Shown here: one piece after another, positions 53,417-64,000 of the stretch
How positions within the stretch are numbered: position 1 is the stretch's first letter
Layout of the letters: every line of letters starts with the position of its first letter
Origin: Diplonema japonicum
Lineage: Eukaryota > Protista > Euglenozoa: Diplonemea
DNA length: 64,000 nucleotides
Assembly: GCA_964019335.1 (NCBI GenBank)
Contig: OZ025666.1
Span: 434,001 to 498,000, forward strand
Reading direction: 5' to 3'
Program-made: the position numbers and the translations under genes
The notes under the pieces: model-generated
Told to the model about the DNA's origin: nothing
The model's input: only the letters and a program-made list of their open reading frames with translations
The model's database searches: none

Positions 53417-55187
53417 ATGACTGCGTACATGCTCATAATGATCGTGATGGTACGAGGGGACACAGGGTGCGGGTGTAAGGCTGGCGGGACAAAGGAAGAA
53501 GGCGTGTGCGTGAGCGGGCTAGGCTGCGGAACTGTGGGTGAGGTGTGCAACGAAGGACAGTGGCTCTGCGGTGGCTGCCAACAACACGGCGTCGACATAG
53601 GACCCCCACCGCAAATGTGGACTTCTGGAGGAACAAACAGCTTCGAGCGTGGGGTCCGGATAGAACTAAAATCCTACGGTGTCTACACATGGGACGCAAA
53701 AACATCCTGCTCAGTAGCAGGCGAGATAGGAAGAGGCCTATCTCTAACCAGCCCTTGGAAGCTCTCCTTCGGGGAAGTCGACTGGAAAGGAGAAAAACGG
53801 TTACTAACCGACCTCCTGCCCCCTCACACGTACCGTGAAGCCCTGTCCCGGTGTTCTGCATTGGGCGGGCGACTAGCATCTCTCCTTGACTACAAGTATT
53901 CCCAAACGGCTCCCGTCTCTTCTTTATGTGAAGGGTGCTGGGTTGGATACACAGATACGTATGTTATTCCACAATAAGAAAACAAACAAAAAAAAAAAAA
54001 AAAAAAAAAAAAACAGTCCTCAGTGTCTTGCGGTTTCAGGCGATGGAACAACGGTGATGGACTGTACGGAGAAACGTTCGTCGCGGTGCTACCGGTTGGA
54101 TGACACGGGGAAGGGGGATCTGGCGCTGCAGGTTCTGCTGAAGGGGAACGGCAGCGATCCGGTGTCCAGCTACCCGTTGTTCGCATACGAGACGAAGGAC
54201 GAGTTCACAGCAAGAATTATAGAGGTTCTTACAGTCGCCTTCAGCACCACCGGCCTCCCGCTTGTCCCGCATGGGACACCCCACAACACAGTGCACGTTA
54301 ACCCACCTGAGACGTGGCACGTTAGAAGGTTCAGAATCGATTTCAAAAACAGCGAAAGTGAATGGAAGACACATCACAACAAATTCGTTGAGGTGCTGCG
54401 TACGACAATATCCGCAGATGCCCAGTGGGTTTTGTACACAGATGTGACAAGCGTGGACGAATCTGTTATAAGCATCTCGTTCGGGTTCATGACGAAGACA
54501 TCAAGCAGTGGGCTACTGCACACCACGCCAGAGAGATTGAGCGAAGAACTCACCCCGGCAAGCTTGAATAAAATGTTTTCCGAGTTGGAGTCAGTGAAAG
54601 TGCACAAGATACGGTTTTCAAACCCGATAGAGGTTCCCAAACAGACCGGCGCTGAGATAAATCTCAAGAAACCATCTGACTTAATACCAACAGTTTTGCT
54701 AGTGGCGATAGCATCCTTCGCGTCGGCGTTCGTTGCAGCTTACGTGTGGAAAACGCTGAAAATCGTTGAGGATAAAGCTGCTGAAGAGCATTGCGATGAC
54801 GCAGGCCACATTAGTATTGATGAAGAAGACCATCGGAGACAGCGGTCCCCATCAGTGATGGAAAGCCCAATAGGTCTTCAAAAGCCCCGAAGAAGTACCA
54901 TAGTCATGAATGACAATCCTATCTTTCACTCAGTTCCAACGGCTATCGACGGGATTGAGATGGCCGAGTCAGTGGACAATTCCCCTACTTCGTTGTCACC
55001 CAAGAGAACCACCAGGGACCCACCTCCTTCAGTCGCTGCAAGAGCAGCTGATCGAGAAGCCCAGTCCACACAGGTTCTCGGGATAATGGCCCAGTTGGGA
55101 ATCAACCCATTGCTGTCCGGCGGTGCGCGGGCCTTTAAACCATCCCCTACAACAACTCCCTTGGAGCCAGAAGCTGAAATTGAATAA
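53417..55187 (+). CDS. Type I membrane protein with Cys-rich and C-type-lectin-like ectodomain; intron 53959-54016
   Basis: Signal-like start; TYREALSRCSALGGRLAS..CWVG..C; TM near the C-terminus; the 58-nt intron joins the ORFs. Confidence 0.7.
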
Positions 55188-56106
55188 TAAAAAAAAAAGG
55201 GATGGAGGGGGGGGGGGGGGGGGGGGGCAGTGTATTTTTTTGAAAAAAAATGTTATTTGCAAAAAAAAAAAAAGAAAAAAAAGAAAGACAGAAAAAAAAA
55301 AAAAGAAAATAAAAAAAAAAAAAGAGAAAGGGTAGAGACTTTTTGTGTGCCCCTACTTTAGCCAATACTGTACGAAAAATTGTTGTTATGGAGATTTTCG
55401 TCAAAATAGTCACCCCCACCCCCACCCCCCTGTGGAAGTCACTTTTTACCTCTTGACGAAGATTTTCGTTTTGCAGTAGGTGGGAAAACGGCTTTTGCAC
55501 AAACAAATCCGGGTTGACTTTTTTTTTTTTTTTAAAGAAATGTCCGTGTTGTTTGTTTCTTTTTTTTTTTTATTTCTTCTTCTTCCACTATTGTAATTTT
55601 TCCACCAACACCCCCCCTGCCCCTGTGGAAGTAGAGGAGAAGAAAAAATAAGAAATGTGTGTTTTTTTTTTTTATTTATTATATTTGAAAAAATGAGAAA
55701 GAAAAAAAAGGAGGTTTTTTTTGGATAATAAAAGACTATAGTTTTACGTTCTTCTCCCCCCTCTCTTCCCTTCCATCTTCCCCCCCCCTTTTTTTTGTTT
55801 AATCCTGTTTTTCTTTTGGGTACGGTATTTTCTTTAATTTCCCTACACCCCCCCCCCCCCCCCCCCCCACTTGAGGGCATCCCTCTTCTTCCGGAAAAAC
55901 ATAGCCAAGCAAAACAAGAACAAATAAATTTTAAAAAAAAAAGAGGGGAAAAAAAAAAAGGAAGAAAGTATGTATGTAATGGGTACTCAAGGACTGGTGG
56001 AAAGTTGTAGTCAACTATCTACGCACTCTTATCATTAAAAAAAAGAGGGGGGGAAAAAAAAGAATAAAATTATTGTGAACCTTTGTTATTTTTTGAGGGG
56101 GGGCAC

Positions 56107-56250
56107 AGGGCAGGATGTTCCGGTAAAAGGTGTTATATTTCTAACCTCAAATATGGCTTTTCACCCTGAGATAAAATCGAATCGGCAAGTAGGAACGTGC
56201 CCATACTGATATAGGTCTCGGAAAGGCACGTAGGCCCACCATACTGCCCT
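56107..56250. repeat. Possible short MITE with 11-bp imperfect TIR
   Basis: AGGGCAGGATG ... CATACTGCCCT; no clear target-site duplication. Confidence 0.3.
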
Positions 56251-56385
56251 CCAAAAGCCCAACAAAGATTTTTTTTTTTTTTTTTTTTTCCCCTCCGTCA
56301 TTCGAGAATTCTGTCCGAATGGGGGAGGGGTGATTTTTTTTTTTTAAACGATATTTTTATTTATTTTTATGAAAGATTTGGGTGA

Positions 56386-56449
<64 letters not shown>

Positions 56450-56490
56450 TGAACACAGAAAAACACCATGTTTTGATAATGAATTGTTAT

Positions 56491-56594
56491 TGCTAAAAAA
56501 AAGAGTAGTGGTAAACATTGTTGGGCTTCTCCTTATCTACAGGTAAACCCCCACCGGCTGCACAACAAAGCAACAATCAACCGACTCTTTTTTT
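56491..56594. repeat. Dispersed ~95-bp repeat; copies at 58385-58476 (+) and ~61330-61392 (inverted)
   Basis: TGCTAAAAAGAGTAGTGGT..CATTGTTGGGCTT..CTACAGGT..GCAACAATCAACCGACTC. Confidence 0.75.
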
Positions 56595-56613
56595 CTATAA
56601 ATTTCTTTTTTAA

Positions 56614-57583
56614 CCCATAACACTCCGGGGCCTATCTACATAGGGGTCCCTTTTTTGCTCCTTTTCATAATTTGAGGGGGAAAATGGCAGCATTCAACCC
56701 CCGTTTGCAGGTAAAACGGGTTTTTTGGACCAGGAAAATTAAAAAAAAAGTTCAGAAATTAATAAAAATACAAAGGGGATGAAGAGTTGAATGGCCGTAG
56801 GGTGCTCAAAAACGACCATGTCAAAATGGGTTGTGCACGGGGGGTGTAAATTGAGCATCCTGGGACAAAAAAGGCAGCATCAGGACCCCTCAGATGTCTC
56901 AGACCGAGAGAAGTGCCTATTTGCGGGTGGAATATCGGCCAGACCCACAGTCAAAAAGTAGCTATCGCAAGCTAACCATGGTCCACTTCCGGGTTTTCAT
57001 ATGCCGAACTCCAGTCCCCTGGAGCTGGTCTTGCAGGTCAGGGGTCGACAGCAAACCCTTAGGAGTCGACAGTACGCATGACTAGGTCCTGTGTTGTGGA
57101 CTTCTTGCTGAAATAAGTTGAAATTCGCCAGGTAACAGTTTTATGAGTCGCATGTAGCGATTACCTTGATGCCCACCGAGTTGCTTTTTCGTGGTGCCAT
57201 GACTTTTATTGTTGTCAGGATAACACTGTCGTCAACAGACAACCACTTGCCAGGGGTCCGCACAGTCCTACACCGGTTGACAATGATGTCAAGAAACCTG
57301 CGCATGAGGTGCAGTTTCAGGCCTTCCAAATGTTTTCCAGGTTGTCAAAGGTGAGGTAGCGCTGTACGTTTTCGCTGCTATTTTGACCATCTGATTTCAT
57401 TTTAAGCCAACCCTGCCGGTTTCAATTAAAACAAAACTTTTAACGCAAAATGTAGTTCCAAGACAAAATAAACCGCGCAACAATGCCATATTTTGAAGTC
57501 CAGGGGCCGTGTTCAAAGAAAAGTACTTAGCGAAAAAGCAAATTTTGAATAAGGACAAAAACGTCCGCGCGGGCGTTTAGGGG
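56614..57583 (-). mobile_element. Degenerate piggyBac remnant
   Basis: Minus-strand PGKWLSVDDSVI...PRKSNSVGIKVIATCDS resembles the piggyBac DDD core (SVDE..KP..GIK..CD); TTAA-CCC at 56610 and a decayed GGGG-ATAA at 57580. Boundaries are tentative. Confidence 0.7.
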
Positions 57584-58568
57584 ATAACTTTGAAACTGTT
57601 TAAATAGTCTAATACTGAGATTTGGTGTTGGGTAATATTGCCCCCCCCCCCCCGCCCTTTAGGAACCAAAAAAAAAAAAGAAACAGCGGTCACCGACCAT
57701 GCTATTTTTTTTTTATATATTTGGACTGTTGCAAATCACTTAGGTGCCTGTCTAGTGAATTTATTGTTTAATAACTGCTATTTCCAAGCTGGATTCCCCT
57801 CTACGGAGCGTCATAGCAAATATGGAGAAATGAAAAAAAAAAAAAAAAAACAGAAAAAAGATACAAATGGACTCAATGAATGTGTACAGGGGAGGGGGGG
57901 TTTTTTTTCTTCTTCCTTTTTTTTTCGTGTTCATTCTTTAGTTGTAGGCAGCATACAAAAATCAAACAAACAAAAAATGACAACAAAAAAAAACACATAA
58001 AAAAAAAACAAACAGTTTTTTAGTACTCTCCCCCCCCCCCCCCCCCCCATACTTGGTCTTCCCTTTTTCTTGCTTTTTTTTTTGTTTTTTTAAAAAAAAA
58101 GAAAAGAAAGAAAGGCGAAAAGTGTAACTTTTTTGTATCAAAAAAAGGGGTCCCCAAAGCACAAAAGGTTTCATTTTTTCAATTTTCTTTTTTTTTTTCC
58201 AAAGATCAGACAGAAAAAAAAAAAAAAAAAAGAAAAAAGAAGAAAAAAAAAAAAGATTGTTTGCAACCAACGTTTTGAACGAAAAAAGAGAAAAATATCG
58301 GGGGGGAGGAAGCCTATATGAGGGATTCCTTTTTTTTTCCATACATTCTTCATTAATTTTTTTTTTGCATGAACAAGAAATACGTGCTAAAAAGAGTAGT
58401 GGTGGCATTGTTGGGCTTATCCTTCTACAGGTTAACCCGGCTGTGCACAAGCAACAATCAACCGACTCTTTTTTTTGGTGAATTTGTCGTTAGCACTGTT
58501 CTCCCAATCCCAGTAAGTTTCTCTTTCTGTGGGCCGTTGCTAACTACTTCGTTTCCTATCAATTTTCT

Positions 58569-58866
58569 GCAAGAACGAGTCTTTGACTTGTCTAAACAAA
58601 AGGGGAACGTTGGCAACGTGTTTCGGGTTGGCAAACTTCTCCAGTTTTTACCCGGCACGTACAAACAAAAATATGACGGCACTGGACTGGGATGATCTGG
58701 TCCAATACGCGGACTTCGAGTACCCATCGGGAAGCACTCTGCGACACCTCGCACGATGACACTGCGGTGCACTGTGCGAGGTGTGGCGCTAAAGGGCAGA
58801 GGACATGTTTGTCCTCTCGCTGCCCGCCACGCCTAGGTCGTACGAACAACGGCCAGTTCCTCTTTT
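58569..58866 (+). repeat. Longest copy of a structured dispersed repeat
   Basis: Nested stems AAAAGGGGAAC/GTTCCTCTTTT, ACACCTCGCAC/GTGCGAGGTGT, GGGCAG-AGGACA/TGTCCT-CTGCCC and TGGACTGG/CTGGTCCA; four fragments elsewhere in the window. Confidence 0.75.
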
Positions 58867-59354
58867 TTTTGGTTCATTTTATTCTGCCAAACTATGCTTT
58901 TTTTTTTTTTTTTTTTTTTTTTTTTCTTCTTCCAGGGTTTGCATAGATAGGCAACTAAATGCAGACGATGATGCCAAGTGAATGGAAAAAAAAAAAAAAA
59001 AAGAAAACCGGAGAATGCTGCGTGGGAAAAGAGAAAGAAAACCTGTTTTGTAACCGGGGGGATCCCTGCACTTCACTACTTCTGCTCAGTTCTTTTTTTT
59101 TTTCTTGCTTTTTTTATGCAAATCTCCCCCCCCCTCTATTTTCTTCTTTTCTTCTTACCCACCATATCTCTAAACCTGCGAGAAGATTTCCCCAAAGATT
59201 CTTCAAAAAGAGAAGGAAAAAAAGAATAAAAAATTTTTCTCCAGTTTTTTTTTTCTTTTTTTTTTTTCCGGTGGGTAGCACCGTTGCTAACCGCTTCGTT
59301 CCAATCATAGTGAAATTTTTTTTTTAAGAAATGGTTTTTGTAACCACTACTTGA

Positions 59355-59387
<33 letters not shown>

Positions 59388-59518
59388 GGTGTCCGGGAAT
59401 GTGTCCGTCCGACAGTTTCCATTTCTTTTCTTTTTCTTTTTTTTCTTCTTTGTGCAAATGCTTCTTGTTTTTTTAGAGATATGATTTTTTTTTTTTTTTA
59501 GGGTACATTTATATTTTT

Positions 59519-59566
59519 TTTTATTTTATTTTATTTTATTTTATTTTATTTTATTTTATTTTATTT
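59519..59566. repeat. (TTTTA)n microsatellite
   Basis: About nine direct units. Confidence 0.9.
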
Positions 59567-59847
59567 GTTTCCCTTGGGCTGTGGTGTGGTTTAACTGCCC
59601 GTGCTGACGTAGCCCGAGAGAGGCGGAAGGAATTCTTTTTGCCGAACCTTTTTTTTCCCTTCTTTCTTTCCCCGTGCTTCTATCGTGCATGCAAAACAGA
59701 TGCATTTAAAGTATTTGAGACAGAATCTTCTCTTTTTTTTTTTCACCTAAGGAAAGGTCATGCAATCCAACTTGAACCTATTTCTGCATCTATCGAACCT
59801 GCCTTTTCTTTTCTTTTTTTTTTTTTTTGAGTTTTTTTTCTTATAAA

Positions 59848-59990
59848 GGTGGGGATAACGTGGAAATATAAAAAAAAAAAAAAAAAAAACATCAGATGTG
59901 TTGTTCGCTGTTGGCCGTTGGTAGCGCCAGAGTGGAAGAAGCCGAGGTGTGCACCGTGCTGGGCGCCAGCAACACTGGCCTCCTTCAACT
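59848..59990 (+). repeat. Deleted copy of the ribozyme element
   Basis: Keeps both ends of 1742-2060 but lacks L3, the P1 3' strand, J4/2 and most of the long hairpin. Confidence 0.8.
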
Positions 59991-62477
59991 CTAATTTTTT
60001 TTTCTTTTCCCTTCCCCCCTCCCTATTTTGTTTCTCCGGTTCATTTTCACCATGGAAATAGAGATTTAGCACACAAAACCCAACACGAGAGTGATAAAGG
60101 AGCTTCGTCTCGAAGATGTAAACTAGCTCTGCTTGAGCGAAGTTTCACTTTTTGTCAGGCGTCCTGCCACATATTTTTTTTTTCTCAGAAACAATGGGGG
60201 AAGAAGGAAAGAGAAAATATTGTCAGCTTATTTTTCAAAACATCGCTAGGCCACTAGGCTACCCCCAAAAAAAAAGGGGGGGAGGGAACATCACAAGGCA
60301 GGCACGCCGCTTGCGGCGGGCCGTTGCTCCCTTTTCTTTGAAAAGAATCCCGAAAATCTTAAAAAAAAAGAAAGTGGGCAGCAAATATTGGTTGACCAAT
60401 TACTTTTTTTTTTTTGGGCGAAGAATAATACCACAAATCCCCCCCCCCCCCTTCCATTGTTTAAGTGTGTGTGCTTGTTTCTTTTTTTTTGTTTTTGTTT
60501 TTTTTTTGATATTTTGTAAAGAAGGGTGCCCGTTGATCGAAGTCGACATGTGATCGACTTTTGATGACACTGGTGATGTTCTCTTTATTTATCCACCCCC
60601 CCCAAACCCCGTCCAGTGATACCTTAATCCTCACAGGGCGCCACCAATACTGGCCTCCTTACCACTCTTTTATATTAATTTCCGTTAAGAACTGGGTTTT
60701 TTTTTCTTTTTTTTTTTTTGACACCTTCACACCATAGTTGTCCCTCTGGAAACAAAGTGGCGCTGGACGAGATTTGACAATGAAACAAAATTGAAACCCG
60801 GACTACTTATATTGACAGACTCCATATTCTTTTTTTTTTTTTTTTTTTTGATAAAAGCAACCACATCTGGTCAGGATAAATGCCTTTTCTGAATTTTTTT
60901 TTCTGGAAGGGAAGAATGAAGGAAAAAAAAAAAAAAAAAAAAGAAAGAAAGAAAGGAAAAGAAGGAAAAGAAAAAAAAAAAAAGAAAAAAAAAAAATGCG
61001 GGGTGAGAAAAGACGCGTCGTAAAGGGGTGCACAGTGCGTAAAAAAAAAAAAGAAGCTTTTCCAAGAGCAAAACGAGAGTGAAATCCCTCCCCTCACCCA
61101 GGCCAGGCTGAAGGAGCTGAAAACGCGACACGCTGATAACCAGCACAAACAACTAATTCAGCTGCTGCCCAGATATTTATTTCTTTCCCCCTGCCGCCCT
61201 CCCTCCCTCCCTCCCTTCCCTTATATAAAGAGGTTCAAACGAAGCTGAGATGAAAAAAAAAAAAAAAAAAAAAATGAGTTTCCTCAGTCCTAAAGGATGA
61301 GTGCAGCAAAACCGTTGCTTTTAAAAATGTGCAAAGTCGGCTGTATCCTGTAGAAGGTTAAAGCCGAACAAAGCTGCCTCGACTCTTTTGCAAAAAAAAA
61401 AAAAAAAAGAAAAAAAAAGTCATCCTCGGTACAGAAAAAGACCAATATCTACAGGAAGAAGAATTTGTATCACCATTGCATTATCCTTTGGGTGAAGAAC
61501 TCATAGTATTCTCGTCAGCAGTGTGCTCGAGGCGCACTCTGTTTTTTTTTTTCTTTTTTCTTTTTTTTTTCTTCTTTTCCCTTTTTTTTTTTCTTCCACT
61601 TTTTAAAAAAGAAAAGAGGCTTTTTAGCTTCTTTTTTTCCATTTCGTTAGAGAAATCTGAAGAACGAATGGGGGGGGTGGAAAAAAAGAATTGGTGTTTT
61701 TTTTTTTCCTTCCTTTTTTTATTTTTATTTTTTGTTGTCTTTTTTTTTTTATATATACTTCTCTCCCTACCTACCCTCCTTCCCACTTCCCCACATCCCT
61801 GCACCCACGCCAAGGGAAGAAGAACAAAAGAATAAAAAGAAAAAGAAAATGTTTGGTTCTTTCTTTTTTGATATACGCGCTCCATATTTGTAAAGTATAA
61901 ACCTTTTTTTTTTTTTCGAAAAAAGGAGAAAAGGGTGAAAAATTTTATTATTATTATTATTCGAATGCAAGGAGAGGTGGGGGTAAAAGTGATAACATGA
62001 ATATGTCTCTATTAATTCAAAATAAATGATTTCTTTTCTGACCTGGCCGTACCTTGCCTCAGAATCCCAATGTGAAGACTTGTTTCAGGACCTTACTCAA
62101 TATCCACGGACCTTCTGACCGGGCTTTAACCCCTGTTCAGTAATTCTTTGTTGCTTTAACAACTAATTGTCTTGCTAAAAAAAAAAAAAAAAAAAGACCC
62201 TGTTTTCTTTATACGTCATCTCTTGAAGCATAAAGAGGCCACCCCCTTTTTTTTTGGGTTAGATTGACGAATATGGAGTTTTACATATTTCTTCCCCGTT
62301 CTCCGTCCCCCCCTTCCCCCCCTTTATTTTACTCTCCCCCCCCCCCCCCCGTTCTTATATGGTCTTTCTTTTTTTTTCTTCTTCTTTTTTTCTCTTTTAT
62401 ATATTCTTTTACATCCCTTTTTCTTTTTTTTTTTAACTCCCAATCTTCCGTCTCGAGAAAAAAAACATAATAAAATA

Positions 62478-62915
62478 ATGGCTGAACCACGCAAGCTAGT
62501 AGACAGCAGCGAAATAGTCCCAGGAGTATTCCTCGGTGGTGCAAAGGCCAGCAAAGACTTGGAAGGCATGCATGCAATGGGAATACAAAATATAGTCAAC
62601 GTTGCTGGGAAGCAGCACCACCCTGGTGTGTTTTGCTATCACCGGTGTTATGTGGACGATCAGCCGGAGGAATCCCTCCTGCCACTGCTCCCGAGTGCTG
62701 TGTCCTTCATCCACACCTCGATGTGTAAAAATCAGAAAACGCTTGTTCACTGCAGGGGCGGGATCAGTCGGTCTCCAACTGTGGTCATCGCATACCTTAT
62801 GAAGCACCATAACATGTCCCTACAAGAAGCCTTCGACCTGACCAAGTCCAAACGCTACATAAACCCCAACAAAGGCTTCAAGTCCGATCTAGCTCAATGG
62901 TCCATGTGTCTTTGA
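62478..62915 (+). CDS. Dual-specificity protein phosphatase
   Basis: EIVPGVFLG, LVHCRGGISRSPTVVIAYLM, INPNKGF. Confidence 0.92.
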   Translation: MAEPRKLVDSSEIVPGVFLGGAKASKDLEGMHAMGIQNIVNVAGKQHHPGVFCYHRCYVDDQPEESLLPLLPSAVSFIHTSMCKNQKTLVHCRGGISRSPTVVIAYLMKHHNMSLQEAFDLTKSKRYINPNKGFKSDLAQWSMCL

Positions 62916-63044
62916 ACGACACAGGACCTTTTTTTTTTTTTTTTGAATCATCTAACCCCTTGTCCAAAAAAGAAAAGCCCCCCCCCCCCTCCCCCATTAC
63001 AACAAAAAGAAAAACCCTAACAGGCATTAGGGTGGGGGTGGTGA

Positions 63045-64000
63045 ATGTACCGCCGTCTCTCGTTATTCCTCGCAGCTGTTTCGTTTTTCGAGTTGGGAAG
63101 TGGTGGTGCGGTCATAGGCCCCCACCCGGGGGTGTTTGATGTGTCAGGCACAGACGGTTACAGAAGGTGTGTGCGGGTGAACTTGAAATCCTACAACGAT
63201 TTCCATTGGAACGCCACCCACTCAAATCTCCTGGCAGGAGTGGTCTCCGAGGGCCTGCGGTTGACAGATCGGTGGGTTATAAGCTTAGGCGAAACCCCAT
63301 GGGAAGGTACCGACCTGCTGCGGTACCACCCAGGCGAAAAGGTCCCCTACGACACAGCAGTGGGTATTTGCGAAGGCCTCGGCTCATGGTTGCACGATGG
63401 GAACGACTGTGAAGAATGCTGGGGATCGAAAACCGAATTGGGAGGCTGTAGGTTAACCAACGGGGAAATCTCACCGTGTGACTCCAGCCAGCTATTCACA
63501 TGCGAACGGCACGAAGACGGACAAGGCGAACTGTCGCTCCAGGTCCAACTCCGCTCGGAAGCACACCCTGAGATGGCAGCCCCTGTGTTCACCTCGTCAG
63601 ACGAGTCTGATTTCACCGAGATCCTTGTTTCAATACTGCAGTCGGGGATTAGCAGCATCAACAAGCCGCTGGTGGCTTACAAGTCACCTGCGGTGACCTG
63701 TTTCCACAACCCGCCGCTGAACTACTATGTGAAGCGGATGAGATTCGTCGTTGAGAGCGACATAGGTGCTGTTCTCGATGAACGCGCGCAGGTGCAGTTC
63801 ATAAGAATCCTTCAAACCCTGTGGAAGTGGGAGGTGTTGCTGCAGGTGTTCGACCGCAACTCCGACACCATTATCCTAGCGAGCCTCACCGCACCCGACA
63901 GCGCCGATCGGGAAGAGGTCGCAAAGGCCGCTTCCAACATCGACACAATACTAACACCCGCTTATTGCAACAACAAACTGCACGAGGACGAACACCAGGT
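63045..64000 (+). CDS. 3'-partial paralog of the 53417 membrane protein (absent from ORF track)
   Basis: Open frame from ATG 63045: signal peptide, then IGPHPGVFDVSGTDGYRRCVRVNLKSY..GLRLTDRWVISLGETPWEG, which aligns to IGPPPQMWTSGGTNSFERGVRIELKSY..GLSLTSPWKLSFGEVDWKG. Confidence 0.8.
   Translation, partial: MYRRLSLFLAAVSFFELGSGGAVIGPHPGVFDVSGTDGYRRCVRVNLKSYNDFHWNATHSNLLAGVVSEGLRLTDRWVISLGETPWEGTDLLRYHPGEKVPYDTAVGICEGLGSWLHDGNDCEECWGSKTELGGCRLTNGEISPCDSSQLFTCERHEDGQGELSLQVQLRSEAHPEMAAPVFTSSDESDFTEILVSILQSGISSINKPLVAYKSPAVTCFHNPPLNYYVKRMRFVVESDIGAVLDERAQVQFIRILQTLWKWEVLLQVFDRNSDTIILASLTAPDSADREEVAKAASNIDTILTPAYCNNKLHEDEHQ

Noticed and set aside
58795-58836. Helitron 3' end (hairpin + CTAG) or twister ribozyme
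   Set aside because: No 5' TC end or A/T insertion site, and the twister pseudoknot elements are missing.
59573-59625. Isolated AGA-box hairpin, and a possible C/D RNA at ~62072-62118
   Set aside because: Short, imperfect boxes, weak or no target; too little support without expression data.

Overview
This is eukaryotic nuclear DNA, most likely from a euglenozoan. A diplonemid is the best inference, from the Euglenozoa-style rpS27, single-hairpin AGA-box guide RNAs and frequent cis introns. All ~26 host protein genes lie on the + strand, like a polycistronic cluster. Spacers are full of homopolymer runs, and I resolved 18 tiny (38-69 nt) GT-AG introns that explain every apparent frameshift in host genes. 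Features the ORF track misses: (1) a complete HDV-like self-cleaving ribozyme fold at 1742-1875, 29 nt after a stop codon, heading a highly structured ~320-nt element with decayed copies elsewhere; (2) a ~2.1-kb cluster of ~19 C/D and AGA-box snoRNA candidates at 15.7-17.8 kb, several aimed at LSU helix 69-71; (3) a non-autonomous piggyBac with perfect TIRs and TTAA target duplication, plus an older piggyBac remnant; (4) several structured dispersed repeats. Unusual proteins: a receptor/pseudo-cyclase/C2/cyclic-nucleotide-gated channel fusion, a FIST + ADP-ribosyltransferase-like protein, an IQ + macro-like protein, and three near-identical copies of a secreted protein built from eight C-x24-C units, two of them interleaved with three mosaic GH47 mannosidases. 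All domain and RNA calls come from reading motifs by eye; no database search was run.
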